From assembly GCA_910585445.1 (NCBI GenBank), contig CAJUEK010000007.1:1596-65595 (forward strand): 64,000 nucleotides of DNA, read 5' to 3'. Source of the DNA: an uncultured Bacteroidales bacterium (GTDB lineage: Bacteria; Bacteroidota; Bacteroidia; Bacteroidales; UBA932). The position numbers and the translations under genes are program-made. Every line of letters starts with the position of its first letter. Within the stretch, counting starts at the first letter, position 1. Of this stretch, positions 27,390 through 38,421 are shown in pieces. The notes beneath the pieces were generated by a model. It saw nothing but the letters and a program-made list of their open reading frames with translations. It was not told the origin of the DNA and searched no databases.

Positions 27390-28349
27390 CTACTTCAAAA
27401 GTTCCATAGCCATAGGATGCACATCTCCGTGAAGCCCCGAAGGAGAGGCCGTGCGGATTTTCCACAACGTGTCTATTGCCTGCGAAGCATCAGAGACGGT
27501 AAATCCTTTGCCGTCCAATATATGCCTGTAGCTCAATGTATGAAGATCCGTGAAACCGTCCGTGAAATCAAAATTGTCCCCGTCAATCACAAGATGCCTG
27601 TAAGCAGACATCGCACGCGAACCGGAAGCAGGCCTGTGATTAGGATTGATGCTCAGGAAAAACCTTACACGCGCACGGGAAAGGCATATGAAGCCCGCTG
27701 CGCAGTCAGCTGAAGAATGGTGCACGACAACCTCTGAAGCCGGCCCGAATATCCAGTTGAGCATATCTATGAAATGCACCCCGATATTCGTCACTACACC
27801 TCCGCTTTTGGAAACGTCACCTTTCCATGAGGCACCGTACCATTTTCCGCGCGGGGTTATGTATGCAAGGTCAACATCATAGACCTTGTCTGCGGGTCCG
27901 TCGGCAACCATCTGCCGCAGCCTGATTATTTCCGGATGATGACGCAGCTGCAGAATTGTCCACAGATTACGTCCGGTGCGCACGCTGCACTCCTCCATCC
28001 TGAGCAGTTCCTCCGGATTCAGGGCCAGAGGCTTCTCACATATCACATCCGCACCAGAGAGCATTCCCATCTCCGAATGGGAGCAATGGAAGCAGTTGGG
28101 CGTACATATGGAAAGATAGTCAACATCAAGCGTCCGTAGGCTTCTGCGAAATTCAGCCTCATCCAAAGTAAAGCAGGCATCGGGAAAATACCTGTCCATG
28201 ATTCCGACACTGTCGAACACATCATGGGCAGTCACCAGATCCTGTCCCAAATCGGAAATAGCCTTGAGATGCCGCGGCGCTACATATCCGGCCGCACCTA
28301 TCAAGGCAAATCTTTTCACAGCTTCCCCTGCTGCGGAATTCTTATTCAT
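27390..28349 (-). CDS. wbpB: Gfo/Idh/MocA oxidoreductase, WbpB-like
   Basis: GAAGYVAPRH, CEKPL, TNIGVHF, GFTDLH. Confidence 0.9.
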   Translation of the reverse strand: MNKNSAAGEAVKRFALIGAAGYVAPRHLKAISDLGQDLVTAHDVFDSVGIMDRYFPDACFTLDEAEFRRSLRTLDVDYLSICTPNCFHCSHSEMGMLSGADVICEKPLALNPEELLRMEECSVRTGRNLWTILQLRHHPEIIRLRQMVADGPADKVYDVDLAYITPRGKWYGASWKGDVSKSGGVVTNIGVHFIDMLNWIFGPASEVVVHHSSADCAAGFICLSRARVRFFLSINPNHRPASGSRAMSAYRHLVIDGDNFDFTDGFTDLHTLSYRHILDGKGFTVSDASQAIDTLWKIRTASPSGLHGDVHPMAMELLK

Positions 28350-28435
28350 ATTAATCCCCCCCCATCATTTTTTATATGTCAAAACCGCCACAAAAATAAT
28401 CAATCGCACAATCACAAGCAAAAGTTTTCTTTCTC

Positions 28436-29440
28436 TCACTCCTCTTCACACGCCCCATTATTCTTTTCCGCCCTTGCAAGCTGCCATGAATTGTAGAGAT
28501 TGTGCCATATGCTGTACATTCCTCCCACGATTGCCGTCTCCGGCGTCATGAAAGTATATCCCATCCATATGGCAAACACAGTGTTTTTCTGTCCGAGCGA
28601 CTGTCCGGCCGTTATCCTCCGGCTATGACGCCCGCGGCGCCTGCCATAACGGCTTCCGACGAAACGTCCCATGGCAAACTGGAACACGCAGCACACAAGG
28701 GACACCATAGCTATCAGCAAAAGCATCGGCACCCCCATCTTGCTGTGCACTATTGACTTCGTTGTCACGGCAATGGCCAGCGTAAGGGACACGGCCCAAA
28801 TATAGAACGGAAGGTCGGAATATCCGAGCAGTGCCGAATGCACCTTGGGCAGAAGATATCTCACCAGCCATGCGCAAAGGCACGGCATTATCAGAAGCGG
28901 GAAAATCTTGGCCACAATCATGCAGAAGGCAACTGCGAAATCCATTCCCTCCACAGGCTGCACGAAAGGCACGACAAGCGGCACGAGCACTGCTGTCAGC
29001 ATATTGATAAGAATCGTATATGAGGTTATGCCCGCCACATCGCCTCCAAGCTTGCGCGTCACCACGGCAGCCGCAGTAGCGGTAGGACATATAAGGCACA
29101 GCATCGCGCTCTCGGCAAGCACAAGCCATTCCGAATGGCCGGCATGGATATGGCGCCCGGCCACAGCGACAGCCGCCCCTATGGCAGTGAACAGGCCGCC
29201 CTGAATCAGCAGCAGCCACCAGTGCCAGCGGTGAGGCCTCAGCTCCCCCGGCTCTATCTTGCAGAATGTAAGAAACAGCATGGAGAATATAAGCATGGGC
29301 TGAAGCACTCCCACGGACTTCTCCAAAAAAGGACCTGCCGCATGCAACTGCGGCAGGCTATGATAAATAAGATACAATGAAGCCCCGAGAGTCATCGCAA
29401 GCGGAAGCATCCATTCTCTCAGTTTCTGCATTATAACCAT
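28436..29440 (-). CDS. Bile acid:sodium symporter-like membrane transporter
   Basis: Multi-TM; CPTATAA and GQKNT motifs. Confidence 0.8.
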   Translation of the reverse strand: MVIMQKLREWMLPLAMTLGASLYLIYHSLPQLHAAGPFLEKSVGVLQPMLIFSMLFLTFCKIEPGELRPHRWHWWLLLIQGGLFTAIGAAVAVAGRHIHAGHSEWLVLAESAMLCLICPTATAAAVVTRKLGGDVAGITSYTILINMLTAVLVPLVVPFVQPVEGMDFAVAFCMIVAKIFPLLIMPCLCAWLVRYLLPKVHSALLGYSDLPFYIWAVSLTLAIAVTTKSIVHSKMGVPMLLLIAMVSLVCCVFQFAMGRFVGSRYGRRRGRHSRRITAGQSLGQKNTVFAIWMGYTFMTPETAIVGGMYSIWHNLYNSWQLARAEKNNGACEEE

Positions 29441-29447
29441 AAGGCCC

Positions 29448-30851
29448 TTAATCCTTTCCGTAAAGATCAGTAGGATATTTCTGGTTGAAACAAGCAAGGC
29501 ACAGGTCACTCCTATGGCCGGCCTTGAGCATTCCCTCATGTGAAAGGAAAGCCAGCGAATCGGCACCTATCATCTTGCAGACCTCCTCTGGCGTACAGCG
29601 GGAACTTATAAGCTCGTCAAGAGTCGTTATGTCCACGCCGTAGTAACAAGGAGTCTTGAGAGGACCGCTGGCGATACGCACATGAACCTCAAGTGCACCG
29701 GCCTCACGCAACATGCTTACAATCTTCTTTGAAGTCGTTCCGCGCACGATTGAGTCATCCACAAGCACGATACGCTTGCCCTTCACTATAGTCTTCACAG
29801 GAGAAAGCTTCATCTTCACGCCTTTCTCGCGCATTGACTGGGTCGGCTGTATGAAGGTCCTTCCGATATATTTGTTCTTTATAAGACCCATCTCATAAGG
29901 CAGTCCGCTGGCCTCGGCATAACCCTGAGCAGCGCTGAGAGACGAATCCGGAACTCCGATCACGATGTCGGCCTCGGCAGGCGACTCCCGGAAAAGGATT
30001 CTTCCGGACTCTTTCCTGTAATTGTGCACATTGCATCCTTCTATATCACTGTCAGGACGCGCGAAATACACATATTCCATGGCACACATGGCATGACGCT
30101 CCGGTGCGGAATAGCTGCTGCTGCGGATTCCGTGATGATCTATTGTAACAATCTCGCCAGGCTCGATGTCACGCATATACTCGGCTCCGAGCACATCAAA
30201 GGCACAGGTCTCGCTCGCCACCACATATCCGTCACCAAGCTTTGCAAGTGCAAGAGGATGGAAGCCGTACTTGTCACGGCAGGCATAGATGCGGTTCTTG
30301 GTCATTATCACGAACGCGAACGCACCGTCAATCTGCTTCAGAGCCTCAATGATGGCCTCAATGCGCGGACGTGACGAATCCGCCCCGTGCTTCTTTATCA
30401 GATGCGCCAGTACCTCGGCGTCTGAGGAAGAGCAGAAAAGGCTGCCCCTGTCCTCAAGCTCACTCCTGAGCTGGCTGTAATTCACTATGCTGCCGTTGTT
30501 GGCCATCGCGAAGTCACCTGTCCCGTGGCGGAAAAGGAAAGGCTGGATATTCTCCTCACCCTTGCAGTCCGCAGTGGTATAGCGCACATGACCGATGGCC
30601 ATATTGCCCTGAAGCTTTGATATATTGCCCTCATTGAACACCTCTATCACAAGCCCGTCACCCTTGACACGCTTGAGCTGGCCGTCAGGATTCACAGCTA
30701 CGATACCGCAGCCCTGCTGCCCCCTGTGCTGGAGGGCATGCAGGCCGTAATATGTAAGATTGGCGGCATCGGGAACACCGTAGATTCCGAAGACCCCGCA
30801 CTCGTGGTGGATCTCCCCGTCAGCAAATATGTTTTTGTTGTCTTGATTCAT
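29448..30851 (-). CDS. purF: Amidophosphoribosyltransferase
   Basis: HECGVFG, LQHRGQ, VDDSIVRGTTS. Confidence 0.98.
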   Translation of the reverse strand: MNQDNKNIFADGEIHHECGVFGIYGVPDAANLTYYGLHALQHRGQQGCGIVAVNPDGQLKRVKGDGLVIEVFNEGNISKLQGNMAIGHVRYTTADCKGEENIQPFLFRHGTGDFAMANNGSIVNYSQLRSELEDRGSLFCSSSDAEVLAHLIKKHGADSSRPRIEAIIEALKQIDGAFAFVIMTKNRIYACRDKYGFHPLALAKLGDGYVVASETCAFDVLGAEYMRDIEPGEIVTIDHHGIRSSSYSAPERHAMCAMEYVYFARPDSDIEGCNVHNYRKESGRILFRESPAEADIVIGVPDSSLSAAQGYAEASGLPYEMGLIKNKYIGRTFIQPTQSMREKGVKMKLSPVKTIVKGKRIVLVDDSIVRGTTSKKIVSMLREAGALEVHVRIASGPLKTPCYYGVDITTLDELISSRCTPEEVCKMIGADSLAFLSHEGMLKAGHRSDLCLACFNQKYPTDLYGKD

Positions 30852-30872
30852 AATATAATCTGTTTCGTCGGA

Positions 30873-33800
30873 TCATTCCCCGCGGAAATAGCTTACTGCA
30901 TTGTCAAAGAGCGGCTGCTCAATACCCTCATCCATGATGTTCTTGAAGAGGTTGCCTTCAAAGCGCTCCGTGTGGCCCATCTTTCCGAGAATCTGCCCGT
31001 TGCGGCTTATGATTCCCTCGATTGCATAATAAGAACCGTTAGGATTGTAAGGAGACTCCATAGTAGGTTCTTCCTCAAGAGGATCAACATACTGGAAAGC
31101 CACCTGTCCGTTTGCGAAAAGTTCCTTTGCAAGAGACTCGTTCACAACGAATTTGCCTTCTCCGTGGCTGACCGCTATCGTATGCAGGTCACCGATTGCA
31201 AAGCCTTTGAGCCAAGGTGAATTTGCAGTTGCAACCCTCGTTGTCACCATCTGTGAGATATGACGGTTGATATCATTGCGGAAAAGCGTCGGGCTGTCCT
31301 TGGTCACCTGTCCAAGACGTCCGTAAGGCAGGAGTCCTGACTTGACGAGGGCCTGGAATCCGTTGCAGATTCCCAAGATAAGTCCTCCCCTGTCTATCAG
31401 GGCATGCACCGCATCGGCTATATCCTTATTGTTCAGCACATTCGCAATGAATTTGCCGCTTCCGTCAGGCTCGTCTCCGGCAGAGAATCCGCCGCTGAGC
31501 ATAAGCACATGACACTCGTCTATGTTCTGCTTCATCTGTGCGATTGAGCGGAATATGTCATCCTCCGTAAGATTGCAGAAAACGCTCATGCGAACCTGCG
31601 CACCTGCATTTCTCCAAGCCTTTGCGGAATCATAGTCACAGTTGGTTCCAGGGAACACCGGTATATATACCACCGGCTTCTCAACAGGCTCGCCCTTATA
31701 TTTCAGATCAGCCCTCTTTACCTTAAGCGGCTTAACTCCCTCCATTCCTGAAGGCATGAGCTTCTGGTGATAAGCTTCTGCTGTAGCAGGATAGACCTGT
31801 GAATAGCGAAGCCCGTTGACTTCCATAAGGTCGAATATGTCGAGTTTCTTGCCGTTGAGTACGATTTCGCTCTCCTCACCGTCCGTCACTTCTCCGATAA
31901 GCTCAGCATAAGGATAGTCAAGCTCCGTCTCCGACTCCACGAGTATAGAGCCGTATCCATAGTCGAAGAGCGTGCTCTCGTCAACATTGGCCTTTATGTC
32001 GAGACCGTTTCCGAATGACATCTTGCAGAGAGCCTCAGCCAGTCCTCCGAAACCGAGCGCATATGCGGAAACGATGTTTTCCTGCAGTATCTGCTCATGG
32101 ACATATTTCCAGTTGGCCTGGAGCTGGTCTGTGTCAGGCATATAGTCGGCAAGCGGCGTATGCCTTATGAGGTATATCCTGTTGCCCTCCCACTTGAATT
32201 CAGGGGAAATCACGTTTTCAGCGTCAACAGTAGTGATACCGAATGCCATCAGCATAGGAGGCACGTTTATATTCTCGAAAGTGCCGCTCATGGAATCCTT
32301 TCCTCCGATTGAAGGAAGTCCTAAGGCAACCTGCATCTTCAATGCTCCCAGAAGGGCGCTGACAGGCTTTCCCCATGATTTTGAGCCGGTCATCCTCTCA
32401 AAATATTCCTGATATGAGAAACGCATCTTCTCGTATGAACCGCCGGCAGCAACAACCTTTGAGCATGCCTCAACCACAGCATATGCAGCACCATGGTAAG
32501 GGCTCCAGCTTGCAATGAACGGATTGTATCCGAATGCCATCATGCTCGCGGTGTCGGTATATCCGTCAGTCGGAAGCTTCTGCACGGACACCTGGGTCTC
32601 GGTTGACTGCAGGCAGCCTCCGAACGGCATGAGTACCGTAGAACGTCCTATAGTTGAGTCGAACATCTCTATGAGGCCTTTCTGCGAAGCCACATTAGGA
32701 TCCTTGAGATTGTTGCAGATTTTCTCCTTGAGAGTTTCACCTTCCACTTCGCGGCGGAAAGGATTCTTCTGCTCGACAGCTCCCACAACAGCCTTCGAAT
32801 AGTGCTTTGCACCTGCGCTGTCGATAAATTCACGTGAAAGGTCAACGACCAGCTTGCCAGCATTGTACATGCGCATACGTCCGAGGTCTGTGACATCAGC
32901 CACATGTGTAACCTCCACATTCTCGCTTGCGCAATACTCCATGAAGGCCTCCTTGTCCTTGGACTCAACGACAACGGACATGCGCTCCTGCGACTCGCTG
33001 ATTGCAAGCTCTGTCGAATTGAGGCCGCTGTATTTCACAGGAACCCTGTCAAGATATATGTCAAGACCGTCGGTAAGTTCTCCGATGGCCACGCTGACTC
33101 CTCCGGCGCCGAAGTCATTGGACTTCTTTATGAGCTTCGTTACCTCCGGACGGCGGAAAAGCCTCTGCAATTTCCTCTCCTCAGGAGCATTTCCTTTCTG
33201 CACCTCGCTGCCGCATGTCTCAAGCGAAGCCTCAGTGTGCTCTTTAGATGAGCCGGTCGCTCCGCCGACACCGTCACGTCCTGTACGGCCGCCAAGAAGC
33301 AGCACGACATCTCCCGGAGCAGGGCTTTCACGGCGCACGTTCTCCGCCTTCACAGCACCTACGACCGCACCGACCTCAAGCCTCTTGGCAACATACCCGT
33401 CATGATATACCTCACGGACATGCGTGGTGGCAAGTCCGATCTGATTTCCGTAGCTTGAATATCCGTGCGCAGCCTTGCGGCTGATTATGCTCTGCGGAAG
33501 CTTTCCCGGGATAGTGTCCGCAACGCTCTGGCAGATGTCGCCGGCACCGGTAACCCTCATAGCCTGATAAACATAAGAACGTCCAGAGAGAGGGTCACGT
33601 ATTGCGCCTCCGAGACATGTCGCGGCACCTCCGAAAGGTTCTATTTCAGTAGGGTGGTTATGCGTCTCATTCTTGAACTGGAGCAGCCATTTCTCAGTTG
33701 ACATGCTTCCCTCATCGTCAACAATGTCCACATCCACATATATGCTGCATGCGTTGTTCTCTTCGCTGACCTCCATGTCGTCAAGCAGTCCCTTCGACTT

Positions 33801-34634
33801 GAGGTAGCGTGCGCCCACAATGGCCATATCCATGAGGTTCAGGCCCTTGTTTTCGCGTCCCAGTTCCTTGCGTATCTTCATGTAGAGGTTCAGCGTGCCC
33901 TCGATTTCTCCCTTGATGAACGAGTCCTCAACCTGTATGTCCTCAAGCTCAGTGGTGAAAGTAGTATGACGGCAATGGTCGCTCCAGTATGTATCAAGGA
34001 TGCGCAGCTCCGTCTCGAACGGGTCACGTCCCTCCGACCTGAAATATTTCACGACCTCGCGCAGGTCATCGGCATTCATGGCCAGCCCCATCTTGCGGCA
34101 ATAACCGGCAAGTTCCTCCTCCGGAAGTTCGCGAAGGCCCTCAAGCACAGGAACCGGGGCAACCTCAGGCTGCTCAGTGCCTACAAGCTTCGAAAGGTCC
34201 TTCTCACGGGACTCCACGGTATTGATGTAATAATGCCTGATTTTGGCAACGACCTCATCAGAAGTGTCCCCAGGCAGGATTATGAGCCTTGAGCTCTTGA
34301 TTCCGACCTTTGCGGAAGGATCTATGAGCCTCACGCAATCGACGGCTGATGCCGCCCTCTGGTCAAACTGCCCAGGAAGATACTCCACGGCAATGTATTT
34401 TGTGCCCGTAAGGTCACATGTGTCAGTAACGCTGTCTGTGACAATCTCCCCGAACACGCTGTAGCGGCTCTTTTCGAGAAGTTCTCCGGTGAAACCGAAA
34501 AGGTCATAGACATTCAGGTACCTCAGGGACGGCAGGTCAAGCTGCAAGTTTTCGTTCAGCTCCCCAAGGAGACTGCGCGCCTCGACCTGAAACTCAGGGT
34601 ACTTTTCAACGTAAATGCGATAATTCTGATTCAT
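30873..34634 (-). CDS. purL: FGAM synthase (large fused type)
   Basis: WSDHCRH, KNETHNHPT, PGTNCD, GICNGFQ, MGHTER. Confidence 0.98.
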   Translation of the reverse strand: MNQNYRIYVEKYPEFQVEARSLLGELNENLQLDLPSLRYLNVYDLFGFTGELLEKSRYSVFGEIVTDSVTDTCDLTGTKYIAVEYLPGQFDQRAASAVDCVRLIDPSAKVGIKSSRLIILPGDTSDEVVAKIRHYYINTVESREKDLSKLVGTEQPEVAPVPVLEGLRELPEEELAGYCRKMGLAMNADDLREVVKYFRSEGRDPFETELRILDTYWSDHCRHTTFTTELEDIQVEDSFIKGEIEGTLNLYMKIRKELGRENKGLNLMDMAIVGARYLKSKGLLDDMEVSEENNACSIYVDVDIVDDEGSMSTEKWLLQFKNETHNHPTEIEPFGGAATCLGGAIRDPLSGRSYVYQAMRVTGAGDICQSVADTIPGKLPQSIISRKAAHGYSSYGNQIGLATTHVREVYHDGYVAKRLEVGAVVGAVKAENVRRESPAPGDVVLLLGGRTGRDGVGGATGSSKEHTEASLETCGSEVQKGNAPEERKLQRLFRRPEVTKLIKKSNDFGAGGVSVAIGELTDGLDIYLDRVPVKYSGLNSTELAISESQERMSVVVESKDKEAFMEYCASENVEVTHVADVTDLGRMRMYNAGKLVVDLSREFIDSAGAKHYSKAVVGAVEQKNPFRREVEGETLKEKICNNLKDPNVASQKGLIEMFDSTIGRSTVLMPFGGCLQSTETQVSVQKLPTDGYTDTASMMAFGYNPFIASWSPYHGAAYAVVEACSKVVAAGGSYEKMRFSYQEYFERMTGSKSWGKPVSALLGALKMQVALGLPSIGGKDSMSGTFENINVPPMLMAFGITTVDAENVISPEFKWEGNRIYLIRHTPLADYMPDTDQLQANWKYVHEQILQENIVSAYALGFGGLAEALCKMSFGNGLDIKANVDESTLFDYGYGSILVESETELDYPYAELIGEVTDGEESEIVLNGKKLDIFDLMEVNGLRYSQVYPATAEAYHQKLMPSGMEGVKPLKVKRADLKYKGEPVEKPVVYIPVFPGTNCDYDSAKAWRNAGAQVRMSVFCNLTEDDIFRSIAQMKQNIDECHVLMLSGGFSAGDEPDGSGKFIANVLNNKDIADAVHALIDRGGLILGICNGFQALVKSGLLPYGRLGQVTKDSPTLFRNDINRHISQMVTTRVATANSPWLKGFAIGDLHTIAVSHGEGKFVVNESLAKELFANGQVAFQYVDPLEEEPTMESPYNPNGSYYAIEGIISRNGQILGKMGHTERFEGNLFKNIMDEGIEQPLFDNAVSYFRGE

Positions 34635-34717
34635 AACTAAAAAAGAAAAGGGTGGAATGCCTTTCCGGCCCACAGGGCCGGATGCACGCCACCTTGCTAT
34701 TTGTCATTGTAATTCAT

Positions 34718-35185
34718 TCAGATAGTAGCCTCAAGAACTTTCTGTGTCTGTTCCTTCCTGAACTCCTGAAGCCTCTGGGCAAGTGCGGAATCAGTCAGCG
34801 CAAGTATCTGCGCCGCAAAAAGGCCCGCATTCTTGGAGCCGTTTATAGCCATTGTGGCCACCGGTATCCCGCCCGGCATCTGCACGATGGAAAGGAGGGA
34901 ATCCATGCCCCCGAGGGCCTTGGTCTGGATAGGGACACCTATCACCGGCACCGTTGTCATTCCGGCAACGACTCCGGCCACATGGGCCGCTCCGCCTGCA
35001 CCGGCAATGATGACGCCGATTCCACGCTCCCTTGCCGACTTGGCATATTCGAACATGAGGTCAGGAGTCCTGTGGGCGCTTATCACCCTTTTTTCATACT
35101 CAATCCCGAGATCCTCAAGAACTTTCACGGCCTGCGACATTATCTCATAGTCGCTGGTCGAACCCATAATGACAGATACCTTCAT
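34718..35185 (-). CDS. purE: N5-CAIR mutase
   Basis: [20 protein letters not shown]; -7 box at 35252-59. Confidence 0.98.
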   Translation of the reverse strand: MKVSVIMGSTSDYEIMSQAVKVLEDLGIEYEKRVISAHRTPDLMFEYAKSARERGIGVIIAGAGGAAHVAGVVAGMTTVPVIGVPIQTKALGGMDSLLSIVQMPGGIPVATMAINGSKNAGLFAAQILALTDSALAQRLQEFRKEQTQKVLEATI

Positions 35186-35332
35186 ATATTATTTCGTTAA
35201 GCGTTTCCAAGTCCGCGGCACCTCCTCATACACCCCACAAAAACCGAGGGGCAAAGATAGTCAAAAAAAAGGTAGCGGACAACTGCATGAAGCAACATCA
35301 CGGGCGAAAAAATACGCGGCATCCCGGACAGC

Positions 35333-35560
35333 CTAAGGATTCATCAGGTCCGTATTGACAAAACCGTTGATGTCGTTTATCACCTCAATGGCGGCCAGGG
35401 CCTTTTTTACTACCTCTTCACTTGCTCCTGGTGTCCGGGCCGCCTGCATGAGAGCATTTATGGCATCTCCGAAACGCGACTCCCTCATATGGGAAAGGCC
35501 GAGGTCAAGCCACTCTGCGGCTGCCCCGGCCTTTTCTTTGCCGTCTAAAACAATGGACAT
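35333..35560 (-). CDS. Small TPR-like hypothetical protein (75 aa)
   Basis: ATG 1 nt after the rnfA stop; FGDAINA helix pair; ends ...DLMNP. Confidence 0.6.
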   Translation of the reverse strand: MSIVLDGKEKAGAAAEWLDLGLSHMRESRFGDAINALMQAARTPGASEEVVKKALAAIEVINDINGFVNTDLMNP

Positions 35561-35561
35561 G

Positions 35562-36161
35562 CTAAACCAGTCCGGAGAATCCCATGAAGGCCATCGCAAG
35601 GATGCTTGCCGTGACAAGAGCGATAGGAATGCCCTTGAAAGCCTTCGGAACATTGTTGAGCGAAAGCTGCTCACGGAGTCCGGCGAACAATACCATTGCA
35701 AGACCGAAGCCCAGTGACGTTGCGAACGCATATACCACGGCCTCTCCGAGATTGAACATCCCGTCCGCAGCTGCTGCGAAAGGAGAAGACTTCTGCACTA
35801 CAGTCAGCGCAACTCCGAGAACCGCACAGTTGGTGGTGATGAGCGGAAGGAAGATTCCCAGTGCCGAATAAAGCGCAGGGCTGATTTTCTTGAGCACGAT
35901 TTCCACCATCTGGACAAGTGCGGCGATGACCAGGATGAACGATATAGTCTGAAGGAACTCCAGATTGAAGTTCACAAGGAGCATGTTGAGCAGATATGTC
36001 ACGACAGTGGCCAATGTAATGACGAAACATACCGCCATTGACATTCCGGCAGCCGTGCTGAGCTTGTTTGACACTCCGAGGAACGGGCAGATTCCGAGGA
36101 ACTGCGACAGCAGGATATTGTTTACGAATACTGCTGAAATTATAATCAATATGAATTCCAT
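35562..36161 (-). CDS. rnfA: Rnf complex subunit A
   Basis: [23 protein letters not shown]. Confidence 0.95.
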   Translation of the reverse strand: MEFILIIISAVFVNNILLSQFLGICPFLGVSNKLSTAAGMSMAVCFVITLATVVTYLLNMLLVNFNLEFLQTISFILVIAALVQMVEIVLKKISPALYSALGIFLPLITTNCAVLGVALTVVQKSSPFAAAADGMFNLGEAVVYAFATSLGFGLAMVLFAGLREQLSLNNVPKAFKGIPIALVTASILAMAFMGFSGLV

Positions 36162-36163
36162 GG

Positions 36164-36772
36164 CTACTCTGCTTTTTTAGATGTCAGTTTTCTGAATATC
36201 ACGATAAGATAGCCGAGCGCAAGGAAGGCTCCCGGCGCAAGCACAAAGGCAAGGATGCCGTCGCTTCCGGCGAATTTCCAGTCAAAGATCGAAAGATTTC
36301 CGAGTATCTCACGCACAAGGCCGAGCACGGTCAGCGACACGGTGAAGCCGAGTCCGATTCCAAGGCCGTCAAGAGCGGAGTCAATGACATTGTTCTTGTT
36401 TGCGAAAGCCTCGGCACGTCCGAGAACGATGCAGTTCACCACGATAAGCGGGATGAAAAGTCCGAGAGTCTCGTAAACGTCAGGCACATAAGCCTTCATC
36501 ACAAGCTCCAGCACTGTAACGAACGTGGCTATCACGACGATATACGACGGGATGCGCACCTTGTCCGGAACATATGGGGCAATCAGGGAGATTGCCATGT
36601 TAGAAAGCACGAGTACGAACATTGTAGCAAGTCCCATGCTCATACCGTTGATGGCTGATGTAGTCGTGGCCAGCGTCGGACACATTCCGAGAAGGAGGAC
36701 AAAAGTCGGGTTCTCCTTTATAAGGCCTTTCGTTATAAGTTGAAATTTTCCCATTTCAGTTCCTCCTGTCAT
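36164..36772 (-). CDS. rnfE: Rnf complex subunit E
   Basis: [23 protein letters not shown]. Confidence 0.95.
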   Translation of the reverse strand: MTGGTEMGKFQLITKGLIKENPTFVLLLGMCPTLATTTSAINGMSMGLATMFVLVLSNMAISLIAPYVPDKVRIPSYIVVIATFVTVLELVMKAYVPDVYETLGLFIPLIVVNCIVLGRAEAFANKNNVIDSALDGLGIGLGFTVSLTVLGLVREILGNLSIFDWKFAGSDGILAFVLAPGAFLALGYLIVIFRKLTSKKAE

Positions 36773-37425
36773 TTTGTTTCATTGATACAGCATTCCTCAG
36801 CACCGCTTTCAGAGCAGCCGCCGGCACATGCGCAGTCACCTTCTTCAGAAAGAGGCATCGGAGTCTGTCCTATGGCATTGAAAACCCGGACTGCAAGAGC
36901 AAGGCCTGCGGCATATGCCCTTGAAGTGATTGTAGAAGCGGTAATGGCATCCACATCACCTCCGTCTTTCTTTACGGCAAGAGTTTTCTCAGACGGGTCA
37001 AAGCCCTTGAACTGGTCTGCGAACTTAGGCTCCTTGCACTTGGCTCCAAGTCCCGGAGTCTCAGCCTGCGAGAGAACCTTCGTATTCCAGATGACGCCGT
37101 TCCTGTCAAATCCGACCTTTATGAGAATCGGCCCGCCGAATCCGTCAGAAGCCACATTGAGGGCACAGCCAACGACTTCACCAGACTCGTCATATGCGAG
37201 ATTATAGACATAGGTCTTGCCGTCAAGCTCCACAGTCCTGTCTTCTTCAATTACGGCAGCCGCATCCGGAAGCACCTCCTTGATGGCAGTGCTGTTCTTC
37301 AGGGCTGAAGCTTTGTCGATAGGCTCCTTGGTCAAGGCATACATGCCTCCAAGCACAGAGGAGCACACAAGGCAGATTGCCATAAGGCATACCGCCATAT
37401 TCATGAATGATGATTTTACTGCCAT
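36769..37425 (-). CDS. rnfG: Rnf complex subunit G
   Basis: ETPGLG; DAITASTITS FMN site. Confidence 0.95.
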   Translation of the reverse strand: MAVKSSFMNMAVCLMAICLVCSSVLGGMYALTKEPIDKASALKNSTAIKEVLPDAAAVIEEDRTVELDGKTYVYNLAYDESGEVVGCALNVASDGFGGPILIKVGFDRNGVIWNTKVLSQAETPGLGAKCKEPKFADQFKGFDPSEKTLAVKKDGGDVDAITASTITSRAYAAGLALAVRVFNAIGQTPMPLSEEGDCACAGGCSESGAEECCINETK

Positions 37426-37428
37426 AGC

Positions 37429-38394
37429 CTATGCCCTCCCGTATTTTCTTGAATGGCACCACTTGTTGATGAGCGGAACCGTAGAGTTCATTATGAGAAT
37501 AGCGAATGACACTCCCTCCGGATATGCTCCGAAATACCTGATGAGCATGGTAAGCACACCTATCCCGACTCCGAAGATAACTCCTCCGAGATTGCTCATA
37601 GGAGATGTGACATAGTCTGTAGCCATGAATACTGAACCCAGCAGGAGACCTCCGGTGAGAAGGTTGAAGAGAGGGTCTGTATATTCAGCAGGATTCACCG
37701 CCCAGAATATTCCGGAGAATATAGCCACGGTGGCAAGGATTGAAAGCGTGATGTAAGGCTTGATTACCCTGCGCACAAGCAGATACACGAAACCTGCAAG
37801 GATGGCAAGCGCGGAAAGCTCTCCGGCAGAACCGCCTATGTTATGGAAAAGCATATCAAGGTAGTCCAGGTCAGCTACAGCACTGATTCCTCCCTCTTTC
37901 ACCATTCCGAGAGGAGTGGCTCCCGTCATAGCGTCAAGACCGTTCCCGATGAATCCCTGCGGCCTTGTCCAATCGGTCATATAGGTAGGGAAAGATATCA
38001 GAAGGAACACACGTCCTGCGATGGCAGGGTTGAAAAGATTCTGTCCGATGCCTCCGAAAGTCATTTTTGCGACTCCGATTGCGACGATTGCTCCGATAAG
38101 CACCACCCACCATGGGGTCGTGGCCGGAAGATTGAGCGCAAGAAGCACACCGGTAACGGCTGCCGACCAGTCCCCTACGGTGCATGGCCTCTTGAGCAGA
38201 TATTTCGTAATGAGGTACTCGAGCAGCACGCATGAAGCCACGCTCACCCCGAGGATGAGCAGCTCCGACCATCCGTAGAAAAGTACGGACACGGCCACTG
38301 CCGGCAACATTGCAATCACCACGTCACGCATCAGGGACGTCGTAGATGTCTTTGCGTGAAGATGCGGTGAAGGTGAAACCAAAAGTTTATCCAT
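37429..38394 (-). CDS. rnfD: Rnf complex subunit D
   Basis: SPSPH, FNPA, TGATPL, MATDYVTSP. Confidence 0.95.
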   Translation of the reverse strand: MDKLLVSPSPHLHAKTSTTSLMRDVVIAMLPAVAVSVLFYGWSELLILGVSVASCVLLEYLITKYLLKRPCTVGDWSAAVTGVLLALNLPATTPWWVVLIGAIVAIGVAKMTFGGIGQNLFNPAIAGRVFLLISFPTYMTDWTRPQGFIGNGLDAMTGATPLGMVKEGGISAVADLDYLDMLFHNIGGSAGELSALAILAGFVYLLVRRVIKPYITLSILATVAIFSGIFWAVNPAEYTDPLFNLLTGGLLLGSVFMATDYVTSPMSNLGGVIFGVGIGVLTMLIRYFGAYPEGVSFAILIMNSTVPLINKWCHSRKYGRA

Positions 38395-38421
38395 CTTGTT
38401 GTTCAGTTGTTAGATTCATTA

